Position numbers and translations under genes: made by a program. This document shows positions 24,205-36,060 of a stretch of 64,000 nucleotides of DNA, piece by piece. Under the pieces are notes generated by a model. It saw only the letters and a list, made by a program, of their open reading frames with translations, was not told where the DNA came from and did not search any database. How positions within the stretch are numbered: the first letter of the stretch is position 1; the number at the start of each line of letters is the position of its first letter. Source of the stretch: Macrostomum lignano (Eukaryota); assembly GCA_002269645.1 (NCBI GenBank), contig NIVC01001340.1:248001-312000 (forward strand). The letters are read 5' to 3'.

Positions 24205-24845
24205 GAGGATCTGGGAGGCTGGTGGCCCAGCAACTGAGGATCTGTGAGGCTGGCCAAGCAACTGGAGATCTGGGAGGCTGGCCCAGCAACTGAGGATCTG
24301 GGAGGCTGGCCCAGCAACTGAGGATCTGTGAGGCTGGCCAAGCAACTGGAGATCTGGGAGGCTGGCCCAGCAACTGGAGATCTGGGAGGCTGGCCCAGCA
24401 ACTGGGATCTGTGAGGCTGGCCCAGCAACCGAGGGAGGCTGGCCCAGCAACTGGGGATCTGGGAGGCTGGCCCAGCAACTGGGGATCTGGGAGGCTGGCC
24501 CAGCAACTGAGGATTTAGGAGGCTGGCCCAGCAACTGAGGATTTAGGAGGCTGGCCCAGCAACTGAGGATTTAGGAGGCTGGCCCAGCAACTGAGGATCT
24601 GGGAGGCTGGCCAGCAACTGAGGATCTGGGAGGCTGGCCCAGCAACTGAGGATCTGGGAGGCTGGCCCAGCAACTGAGGATCTGGGAGGCTGGCCCAGCA
24701 ACTGAGGATCTGGGAGGCTGGCCCAGCAACTGAGGATCTGGGAGGCTGGCCTAGCAACTGAGGATCTGGGAGGCTGGCCCAGCAACTGAGGATCTGGGAG
24801 GCTGGCCCAGCAACTGAGGATCTGGGAGGCTGGCCCAGCAACTGA
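24205..24845. repeat. 28-bp minisatellite (GATCTGGGAGGCTGGCCCAGCAACTGAG)
   Basis: Tandem units downstream of the GPCR. Confidence 0.95.
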
Positions 24846-25559
24846 GAATCTGATTGACATTGCCTTCAAGAACTGCAGTGAAGCACATTCACGAAAGTCT
24901 TTCAACAGATACTTGAAAGCATCGAATAAAAAAGCAACAACCTCGGTCAGTTTCGGTTAATCAAATTCTACTCCGCCTCGCCTCGGCGAGGAAAACAACG
25001 CGGTAGAAAAAGATAGCAATTATTACTATTAATAATTGAACTATTTTATATTTAGCATTAAAGAAATAAATAATTTACTTCTTCAATCAAAACAACAAGA
25101 GTTGAACGGATGGCGGCACAGGTTAGCTGTAATTCCGATGGTTGCCTGATATGGCCTACTAGGGAGAGAAGAGATTAGAGACTAATAAAGAGATAAGAGA
25201 CGGGGGAGACAGGAGAGGGAAAGAGAGGCTTCGCGGGCCGTAGCTTGCCGACTCCTGGCCTACGTGAATGAAATAAGCAGCGTGAATGAAGCGAATGAGC
25301 AGGGCGGCAGAGCCTGTTCAATACAAATAACCAAATAAACTCAATTAGAGAACCGGAACTGCCTGGCTGACAGAGAGATGGAACAGGGCAGACAGGGTTT
25401 AAACAGAATGCGACCTTGATTTTTATGGTTGGCGGTTACAGTAAACAGGGCAGGTGGCAGCTCAGAATTCGGCACCTGACAAAAACAGAAACACCGTCTC
25501 ATGGCTGAAGGGGAACAGCGAATCGAGCGAACAATGGTCACCTGCGCGATTCTGGATCT

Positions 25560-25636
25560 CTGTCTGCCTGCCGGAGGAAGACAGACATAGAAATACAGAC
25601 AAATCAACAGACAGACAGGCAGACAGACAGGCAGGC

Positions 25637-25705
<69 letters not shown>

Positions 25706-25724
25706 TAGAAATACACACAAATCA

Positions 25725-25767
<43 letters not shown>

Positions 25768-25768
25768 C

Positions 25769-25851
<83 letters not shown>

Positions 25852-25852
25852 C

Positions 25853-25915
<63 letters not shown>

Positions 25916-25934
25916 TAGAAATACACACAAATCA

Positions 25935-25973
<39 letters not shown>

Positions 25974-25974
25974 C

Positions 25975-26033
<59 letters not shown>

Positions 26034-26140
26034 GGCAGGCAGACAGACAGGCAGGCAGGCAGACAGACAGACAGACAGGCAGGCAGACAGACAGGCAGGC
26101 AGGCAGGCAGGCAGACAGACAAGCAGACAGGCAGACAGAC
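25560..26140. repeat. (GACA)n microsatellite directly after the NAA25 stop codon
   Basis: Direct reading; interrupted periodically by CATAGAAATACACACAAATCAA. Confidence 0.95.
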
Positions 26141-26148
26141 AACAGTAC

Positions 26149-29100
26149 TCAGGAGGCGCCGCCGGCCCTTCCAGTCTCGGACAGGCGCGCCTTCACTCTC
26201 AGCAGGTTGAGCATCTCGCCGAGGCAGCGGCAGCGGGACTGGCAGAGCAGCTCGTCAACTTTGGCCCGACAGCGTCGTTTCGGCTGGCCGCCGTCATCGC
26301 CACCGACGCCGACGGTCTCCTCCTGGCCATCGGCGTCGTCCAGGCCTGGCCGATCTTCGCCTTCCAGACGGCCTCCAGCGCTTCGAGAGCGGTGGCTGCC
26401 CGATTGATCCGGTCGCCGATTCGACTTCGGACTGTCCGACAAAACGTTTCGTAGGGTCGGCGCTGTTTTTTCGACATCGCCAGCTTGCCGGCCAGAGCGA
26501 CGGCGGTGAGCTCGTGCACCAAGCTGAGCAGGCAGACCGACTCGCACAGGCAGGAGAGCCGCTGCAGCTGCTGGCCGAACAGCGGCTCAACGGGGGCGGT
26601 CGCTGCTGACCCGCCATCGGCGTTGATGACCTCCACGGCTGCCAGCTGGGCGTCGAATGACTCCAACAGCGGGTCGATTGAGGATGCGTCGGCGACGCCG
26701 GCGGACGAATTGTCGGTTGACGGTGGCAGCAAGTTTAAGAAGTAGTCGATGGCTGGGGCGAGGAGCGCCTGGCGAATGGAGAGGGGATGGGGCTTGTATC
26801 AGCTACACAAGTTTGAAAATCCCGAAATCCCTGGGATTTTCCTGAGGCTGAAATCCATAATCCTAAAATTCCAAAATCCCAAATCCTAAAATCATAAAAT
26901 CCCAAATCCAAAAATCCCCAAATCCCTAACATCTCAAATCCTAAAATTCGAAAAATCCCAAAACCTGAAACCCCAAACTTCCAAACCGGAAGTTGAAATC
27001 CCAAATTTTAAAATCCCAAAATCCCCAAAATTCATAAAATCCAAAAAATTCCCAAATCCCTAAAATCCCAAATCCTAAAATTCCTAAAATCCCAAATCCA
27101 AAAAAATCCCAAAATCCCTTACATCTCAAATCCTAATATTCCTAAAATCCCAAATCCAAAAACACGAGGCTTAAATCCCAAAGCAATAAATAAAAAATTC
27201 CCAAAACAGAAGGCTAAAATCCCAAATCTTAAAATCCTAAAATCCCAAAACAGGAGGCTAAGAATGCTACATCTCTAAACAGGAATGCCAAGCTACAAAA
27301 AGCACATAAACACATGTTCCATTGCCACCAAAAGAGTTAGAGAATCCCAGTATAATAAAGCTCCCTAAACAAACCTGGGATCCTGCCGCAAAGTGAGCGG
27401 GCAGACAGGCCGGGTACGGCAGGCAGGGATGCGGCTCGATGTCGAAGGCCGGCAATGAGTCGCCAGTCGACCAGCGGACTGCTCCATCAGCTGCTGCTTC
27501 AACGCCTAGCCGCGTCGGCCTGCTTAGTAACGGAGCCGGTGGAAGCCATCTCAGTTGCCATGCGGGTCAGATGGCTGACACAGCGCAGGCCCAGAGACCG
27601 GTACAGCAGCCAGGCGCGCTCGTCTTCCAGCAACGGCTGGCGTCGGCCGTGGCGGCCAGCAGGTCGGAGCGGAACTCGCGAACAATCGAAAGTCTCGACC
27701 ATCGACAAGGCCGTCGAAGGCGGGCTGCGGCGACTCGGCGCTGCTGGAGGACTCCGCGGGCGCCCATCTCGTAGACGCCCTCGACAATGTTGGGCCCGCT
27801 GAGCAGCAGGGACTGGTGGCGCAGCTCCAGGCCGCAGAAGACCGACTCCAGACTCGAGCTCACCCGTCAGTCAGGGCGACAGCTCGGGGACCTGAGCAAT
27901 TCGGCGGAGCTGGTCTAATGTCGCTTATGAACATCGGGACCATCATGAGACTTAGATATACGGCGACCAATCATGGGACCACATCATGGACTTAGGATCG
28001 GGACCATCATGAGACTTAGGATCGGGACCAACATGACTTGGGCGGACCAACATGAGATTTAGGATCGGGACCAACATGAGATTTAGGATCGGGACCAACA
28101 TGAGATTTAGGATCGGACCAACATGAGACTTAGGATCGGGACCATCATGAGACTTAGGATCGGGACCAACATGAGATTTAGGATCGGGACCAACATGGGA
28201 CTTGGGATCAAACCATCATGGGACTTAGGATCGGGACCATCATGAGACTTAGGATCAGAACCATCATGGGACTTAGATCGGGACCACATGTAGATTTAGG
28301 ATCGGACCAACATGGGACTTAGGATCGGGACCAACATGAGATTTAGGATCGGGACCAACATGGGACTTAGGATCGGGACCAACATGGGACTTAGGATCGG
28401 GACCAACATGGGACTTGGGATCAGAACCATCATGGGACTTAGGATCGGGACCAACATGGGACTTGGGATCGGGACCAACATGGGACTTAGGATCAGAACC
28501 ATCATGGGACTTAGGATCGGGAGCAACATGGGACTTAGGATCGGGACCGCCATGGGACTTAGGATTGGGACTGTCTAGAGACTCAGAATCGGGACTGTCT
28601 AGGGACTCATAAACGGGACTGTCTAGAGACTCAGAATCGGGACTGTCTAGGGACTCATAAACAAGACTGTCTAGGGACTCATAAACGGGACTGTCTAGAG
28701 ACTCAGAAACCGGACTGTCTAGGGACTCAGAAACGGGACTGTCTAGGGACTCAGAAACGGGACTGTCTAGGGACTCAGAGTTTAGAATTGAGACTGTCTA
28801 GGAATTGAAAATGGGACTACTGTAGAACTCAGGATCGGGACCAGCTTGGGATTTTCTAGGGATCCAAAATCGGGACTAACTGGGGACTCAAAAATTCAAC
28901 TGAACCAAAAGAACATAATGTACTCGTATAAAGTAAACAAAGCCCTTTTTATACACGCACCTTTCTAAAATTGCCAATCCTGTAAGCCGTGCACAGGTGC
29001 TCAACAATATCGCGCCAGTTGTTTTTATAAAACATGGCCGTATTATTTAGCATAACCAGTCCCTGCGACAACAGGCCGCACCTGGCCACCTGCCTGGACA

Positions 29101-32100
29101 GCACAAAGCCGACGCTCTCCAGCAAGATCTGCTTCACGTCCAGCCGTTCGTACAGGTTGCTAGCCGGAGTCCAGGCGCCCAGGGCGATGAACAGGCGGAT
29201 CATCCACAGCATGATATTGTAGTTACTAGGCGAACCGGACAGGCCCTCGTCCAGGAGGTACAGAGCCTGTAGCAGGTGAGTTTCGCTCTGTTTGGCATCT
29301 TCAACAAGCCAGGCGTCGTAGTGTAGGCTGACTGCCAGAAGCAGCAGGTCGTCGGCCGGTTGAACCTCGGTTGGACGGAGTCCATCAAGCAGGTTGGCGC
29401 GGTAGGCTTGGATTAGTTCAGCTATTTTGGCATTGCGCTGCTCAGCATCCATTGGCTTGTTGAGCAGGCCGCGACTTAGCTGCGGGATCCGGGTTCGCAT
29501 GCGGAGGGGATAGTAGGCTGGCCGTTGCTATGGGGAATCTGGGAATCGGGAATTTGGGATGTATGGACTGAGATGTAGGGACTGGGATGTAGAGACTGGG
29601 ATGTAGGGATTGGAATGTAGCGACTGGTATATAGGGATTGGGATGTAGGGATTGGGACATACGGATTGAGATGTAGGCACTGGGATATAGGGATTAGGAT
29701 GTAGGGATTGGGATGTATGGATTGGGATGTAGGGATTGGGATATACGGATTGAGATGTAGGCACTGGGATATAGGGATTAGGATGTAGGGATTGGGATGT
29801 ATGGATTGGGATGTAGGGATTGGGATATACGGATTGAGATGTAGGCACTGGGATATAGGGATTAGGATGTAGGGATTGGGATGTATGGATTGGGATGTAG
29901 GGACTGGGTTGTAAGGACTGGGATGTAGGGACTGAGATGTAGGGACTGGGATATAGGGATTGGGATATAGGGATTGGGATGTAGGGATTGGGATATACGG
30001 ATTGAGATGTAGGCACTGGGATATAGGGATTAGGATGTAGGGATTGGGATGTAGCGACTGGAATGTAGCGACTGGGATGTAGGGATTGGGATGTAGGGAC
30101 TGGGTTGTAAGGACTGGGATGTAGGGACTGAGATGTAGGGACTGGGATGTAAGGACTGGGATGTAGAGGCTAGGATATAGCGATTGGGATGTAGGGATTG
30201 GGATGTAGTTTCTGGGCCATGCCGAAATTGGGATTTAGGGATTATACACGGACTATATTATTATATGACTTAGTTAATCTCTTTTAAAAGATGACTAGGG
30301 ACTACAGAATTTCACAGACTCGTGTCAGAACGACAGAAGAGACAATTGCTGCAGTTAAATTTGTATAGTCAAGTACCATAAGAGATGAAAGGCCCAGTGG
30401 ACTAATTAGCTTAATAGATCCATTGATTGAAGCTAGACAGAACTCTAACGAAAATGCGGAGAAGGCCTATCCATTCTCTAAAGCTCGGTCAACATATTGC
30501 AGATAATCATATATGAATGGAGCCCGCTGGCTAGAGGCTAAAAAGCAACAGAAAAAAAGCTTGCTGCTGCTGCTAGAGCAAGCAAGGCAAAAAAGATGAT
30601 AGAAGAGCTGGAATGTAAGGGTGCAGCGAAGCGTTTCGAATCCGAGTCCATCTGGAACCTTAGGGCAGGCTTACGGGGCAGGTGAAAAATTGTTATTGAA
30701 ACTAGATCCACTCCACTGCTACCATTAAATCCGCAGAGCTCATTTGAGCTGCTGCTGGGAGTTGTCAGGAACTGCTAATCTACGAGCTAGCCAATCATGG
30801 ATTGCTAATCTGGTCAATCATGGATTGCTAATCTAGTCAATCATGGATTGCTAATCTAGTCAATCATGGATTGCTAATTTAGTCAATCATGGATTGCTAA
30901 TCTGGTCAATCATGGATTGCTAATCTAGCCAAACATGGATTGCTAATCTGGTCAATCATGGATTGCTAATCTAGTCAATCATGGATTGCTAATCTAGCCA
31001 ATCATGGATTGCTAATCTGGTCAATCATGGATTGCTAATCTAGCCAATCATGGATTGCTAATCTGGTCAATCATGGATTGCTAATCTAGTCAATCATGGA
31101 TTGCTAATTTAGTCAATCATGGATTGCTAATCTGGTCAATCATGGATTGCTAATCTAGCCAAACATGGATTGCTAATCTGGTCAATCATGGATTGCTAAT
31201 CTAGTCAATCATGGATTGCTAATCTAGCCAATCATGGATTGCTAATCTGGTCAATCATGGATTGCTAATCTAGCCAATCATGGATTGCTAATCTGGTCAA
31301 TCATGGATTGCTAATCTAGTCAATCATGGATTGCTAATTTAGTCAATCATGGATTGCTAATCTGGTCAATCATGGATTGCTAATCTAGCCAATCATGGAT
31401 TGCTAATCTGGTCAATTATTGATTGCTAATCTGGTAAATTATGGATTGCTAATCTAGCCAGCCATGCTGCCTACCTGTTCATAGTTAATCCTAGCCGTCA
31501 AATCCCTAACAAGCTGTTGCCTATCAGCATCCGCAGCCGCCTTTGGCCACTCGGGCAGGCCAGGCCGGATCAGCTCCAGCAGCTTAGCGGGCGATGAGTT
31601 CTCGTCAGTCTCCGAGAGCAGGGAGCGGAACTGCAGCAGGTCGGAGGCCACGGCTGGCCGGCTGGCGAAGGCCTCAAAGTAAGAGCGCATGAGGGACAGG
31701 GCGGTCTCGGGCCGGCAGCTGACGGGGCAACGCCTCATCAGTTCGAGTCGGGCAAGGCGCGGCCCGCTCAGGCCCGGGTGCTCAGCCGCAATGGCGTCCA
31801 TGCGGGACTGCAGCTCCGATAGGCGAGGATCGGCTTCGACGTAGTCGCCGCCTTGGCTGATGTCGGCGTTAATAGATGATTGAATGCAGCTCTGCCATCT
31901 GGGGAAAGAAGTGGATTAGTATTAGTGTGGATGGAGTGGGTGCCTACCAGTCTAACTTGAACCGGAAGTGGAGATTGCTACCCAGCATAATTGAAAGCGG
32001 AAGTGGATATTGCTACCCAGTCTAACTGGAACCGGAAGTAGAGATTGTTACCCAGTTCAGTTGGCACCGGAAGTGAAGATTGCTACCTAGTTTAATTAAA

Positions 32101-35100
32101 ACCGGAAGTGGAAGCTTTTGCCTATCTAAACTAGAACCGGAAGTGGAAGCTTCTGCTTAGTAAACTGGAACCGGAAGTGGAAGCTTCTGCTTAGTAAACT
32201 GGAACCGGAAGTGGAAGCTTCTGCTTAGTAAACTGGAACCGGAAGTGGAAGCTTCTGCCTAGTAAACTGGAACCGGAAGTGGAAGCTTCTGCCTAACTAA
32301 ACTATAATCGGAAGTGGAAGCTTCTGCCTAACTAAACTATAACCGGAATTGGAAGCTTCTGCCTAACTAAACTATAACCGGAAGTGGAAGCTTCTGCCTA
32401 ACTAAACTAGAACCGGAAGTGGAAGCTTCTGCCTAGTAAACTGGAACCGGAAGTGGAAGCTTCTGCCTAACTAAACTAGAACCGGAAGTGGAAGCTTCTG
32501 CCTAACTAAACTAGAACCGGAAGTGGAAGCTTCTGCCTAGTAAACTGGAACCGGAAGTGGAAGCTTCTGCCTAACTAAACTATAACCGGAAGTAGGGATT
32601 CTTATCCAAGCAAAGCCTTACCTGGCCCAATCGTTCGGCTCAGTGGTTAAATCTTCCCAACGAGCATCGGCGAGTTCCTGTTTGCGGCCCAGCTTCTCCA
32701 GGTAGCCCATTCGTTGCTGACGGGTCATCTCGGTAGACTGCGGACTCAACAATGAGCTCAAAGGACCGTCCAGGGTGGCCAAACAGTCTTCAAATCGTTC
32801 CTGCATTTCTAGCACCATCAAGTACAGCTGCACCTGTGGGTAAGGGGAGAGAGTGAAATCAAATCAGACATTATTAATTAAAAACATTTTTAGGCACTAA
32901 TTGGCAGAAAAATATGAGAGAAATAATGAAAGCACAAAATTCATGGTTTCTGCAAGGGAATTAGAACGTAATTAAAGTGGGAGATGCACAGGAACAATGT
33001 CAATCAGTTATGCATTTATGCTGGTTCACAATCGCATTGCCTGCAAATGTAGAGATGGCCTGGATGCTTTTCTGATAAGAAAGGTGAAAGGGAATAATTG
33101 AAATTCGCGATAATTAGAGGGGGGAATCAATTCTCAACTAACTCTCTTCGAGCTTGAAAGTTCGGGTCTTAATGGAAAATAAGTTTAAAAAATAATTTGG
33201 TGTGAAGTGAAAAGGTAAGATAGTGCGTAGTTTATTAGCGACGATAGAAGAATGGGTGGGGAGTGACGGGAGAGAGATTATGGAGTGATGAGGGTGACTA
33301 AGGGATGCTTTTTGAATAGTGAGTGTAGTGTAGGGTTTGACTAAAAACTGATAAGATAGTGACTGAAGAGTGACTAGGGAGTGACTATGTAGTGACTGGA
33401 GAGTGACTGGAGAGACTGGAGAGTGACTAGAGAGTGACTAGGTAGTGACTAGGTAGTGACTGGAGAGTGACTGGGAAGTGACAAGGGAGTGACTGGAAAG
33501 TGACAATGGAGTGACTTTGTAGTGACTGGAGAGTGACTGGAGAGTGACCAGGGAGTGACTGGAGAGTGACTAGGGAGTGACTAGGTAGTGACTAGAGAAT
33601 GACTAGGGAGTGACTGGAGAGTGACTGGAGAGTGATTAGAGAGTATCTGTAGAGTGACTGGAGAGTGGCTAGGTAGTGACTGGAGAGTGACTAGGGAGTG
33701 ACTAGGGAGTGACTGGGGAGCCAATAGGGAGTGACTGGAGAGTGACTGGGGAGCCAATAGGGAGTGACTGGGAGTGACTGGGGAGTGACTGGGAGTGACT
33801 GGTAAGTGACTAGGGAGTGACTGGAGAGTGACTGGTGAGTGACTAGGGAGTGACTGGGGAGCCAATAGATCGAGTGACTGGTGATAGTGACTAGGGAGTG
33901 ACTGGGGAGCCAATAGGGAGTGACTGGAGAGTGACTGGTGAGTGACTAGGGAGTGACTGGGAGTGACTGGGGAGTGACTGGGAGTGACTGGTGAGTGACT
34001 GGGGAGCCAATAGATCGAGTGACTGGTGAGTGACTAGGGAGTGACTGGGGAGCCAATAGGGAGTGACTGGAGAATGACTAGGGAGTAACTGGAGAGTGAC
34101 CAGAGAGTGAGTAGGGAGTAACTGGAGAGTGACTGGAGAGTGAGTAGGGAGTAACCGGAGAGTGACAGAGGAGTGAGCAGACCTCAGCCTCGGCGTTCAT
34201 CCGGTCCCGGAAGGCCTCGGCCATCTTGGCGGCCAGCGGCAGCAGCATTTTGCTGGCCAGCTCGCCGCCGCACTCAGTGGCCTGCATGAGCACGCTCATC
34301 ACGGACCAGAAATAGTAGGGATTCTTGCTAGGCGCCAGCCGGTGCAGCTTGGCGGCCGTCAGCTGCTGCTTCTTGTGGTCCAGGACTCTGACGTGGGCCA
34401 TGAACAGGCTGGTGAGCAGGTCCTCGCTCTTCGGCTGCTGCTGGACGGCCCGTTCGTACATTGCCGCTATGCGATCGAGCCGATGGCTCTCCTTGTAGAA
34501 ATAGGTCATGGCCTGCAGCACCGACTCTTCGCTGGTGTCCACCCGCTCCACCTGGGAGAGTGAGAATAAAAATTAGCTTTTATATATCCATACTAGAGCT
34601 GATGGGAAGTGTGTGGAATTGGAGCGGCAAAGCGGGCGGAAGTCAGAGAGGGCGGAAGTCAGAGAGAGGGCGGAAGTCAGAGAGAGGGCGGAAGTCAGAG
34701 AGAGGGCGGAAGTCAGAGAGCGGGCGGAAGTCAGAGAGAGGGCGGAAGTCAGAGAGCGGGCGGAAGTCAGAGAGAGGGCGGAGGTCAGAGAGGGCGGAAG
34801 TCAGAGAGAGGGCGGAAGTCAGAGAGCGGACGGAAGTCAGAGGGCGGAAGTCAGAGAGGGCGGAAGTCAGAGAGAGGGCGGAAGTCAGAGAGAGGGCGGA
34901 AGTCAGAGAGAGGGCGGAAGTCAGAGAGGGCGGAAGTCAGAGAGAGGGCGGAAGTCAGAGAGAGGGCGGAGGTCAGAGAGAGGGCGGAGGTCAGAGAGGG
35001 CGGAAGTCAGAGAGGGCAGAAGTAGAGAGGGCGGAAGTCAGAGAGCGGGCGGAAGTCAGAGAGAGGGCAGAAGAACAAAGGACTAGACAAGCAAAGCCGC

Positions 35101-35311
35101 AGCCCACCTCCGAAGCGGCGGCAGTGGCCTCATCAAGGCGGCCGGAGCGCAATAGTGCGAGTGCGCGCAACGCTTTCGCGCATAGTGAATCGCCAGCCTC
35201 TTTGCGCAGAACTTTCTCAGCCTCCTGGATGGCCTTCTTGTTGTTGCCGGCGTCCAAAGCGTCGTAGATCGCCTTGAGGCGACGCTCGCGCGGGTCGCTC
35301 TTGTTGTTCTG
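26149..35311 (-). CDS. NAA25: N-alpha-acetyltransferase 25 (NatB auxiliary subunit, MDM20-like), 7 exons; frameshifts in exons 6-7; no in-exon start ATG
   Basis: Exons 35311-35108, 34551-34183, 32833-32622, 31898-31475, 29479-28961, 27891-27375, 26768-26149. Recognisable segments: [83 protein letters not shown] and C-terminal LGEMLNLL. Exons 1-5 are intact; exons 6-7 need frame corrections. Confidence 0.9.
26810..27250. repeat. AAATCCC-rich degenerate repeat in NAA25 intron 6
   Basis: Direct reading. Confidence 0.85.
27930..28860. repeat. Two adjacent about 24-bp minisatellites (TTAGGATCGGGACCAACATGGGAC; GGGACTGTCTAGGGACTCAGAAAC) in NAA25 intron 5
   Basis: Tandem units. Confidence 0.9.
29530..30215. 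repeat. 14-bp G-rich minisatellite (GGGATGTAGGGATT) in NAA25 intron 4
   Basis: Tandem units. Confidence 0.9.
30790..31455. repeat. 23-bp minisatellite (ATCATGGATTGCTAATCTAGTCA) in NAA25 intron 4
   Basis: Tandem units. Confidence 0.95.
31945..32595. repeat. 34-bp minisatellite (AACCGGAAGTGGAAGCTTCTGCCTAGTAAACTGG) in NAA25 intron 3
   Basis: About 19 units. Confidence 0.95.
33355..34170. repeat. About 10-11-bp degenerate repeat (GGAGAGTGACT) in NAA25 intron 2
   Basis: Tandem units. Confidence 0.9.
34630..35070. repeat. 16-18-bp minisatellite (GGGCGGAAGTCAGAGAGA) in NAA25 intron 1
   Basis: More than 20 units. Confidence 0.95.
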
Positions 35312-36060
35312 CTGCAGAATAAAAAAGACCAACTTTTATTATTCTTAAAAAAAATTTTGTTACATTAACCTAAAACCTTGGGGCGCTAGTGAGATATTTA
35401 TTTTAGTAATAACTTGAGCATTAGACCTGCCATTATCTATAGCCCCAAAGAAAGCGAGAGGCCTTAAGGTCAGAAGGAAGGTCAATCCAGCGAGGCTCTA
35501 GTTGTATTTGGGAAAGCTTGAACAGCCACTTTAGTCAAAGCAAAATACCACCCACGCAATCTTATCTTATGTAGCAGAAATGCGCAAATCCAGATAAATG
35601 GGATATTCTAGCGAAGGTATCAAGTTTTTCATCCATCTTTCCCACTCCCTTCCTTTCTCCCGCTTTCATTCCTCATAGCTATATAGTCCGAACTCGCGAA
35701 ATGAATTATTAATCGGTCACTCAGAGTTCCTAAATCCCTCAAGAGGGTCCCAAACCGGGCATAACGGCAGTGAGTCTGTTTCTTAGGGCTGAAACAAGTA
35801 TACCAGTTAGTTATAATGCTTTCAAGCCGATAGCACGTGCCAGCGGGCGAGCGGGAAATGTGGCGCGCCACGCCGGCTGGGGATTTTTAAATTTATTATC
35901 TCGAAGTCCGCAGTTAGGTAGAAAGCCAAATGGAAGCCTAGTCTAATGTTGCATCAGAGATTAGCTAGGCTTCGCTGGAGACCAGCAAAAGTACAGCAGG
36001 TCGAATCTCGCAGGAGTGAATTTATAGGGCCTTAGCCTTTTAAAAAGAATACAATTCGGG

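Noticed and set aside
35424-35433. ATG GCA G|GTCTAA as a cis first exon of NAA25
   Set aside because: Weak donor and phase 1, whereas the available acceptors (35311, 35308) require phase 0.
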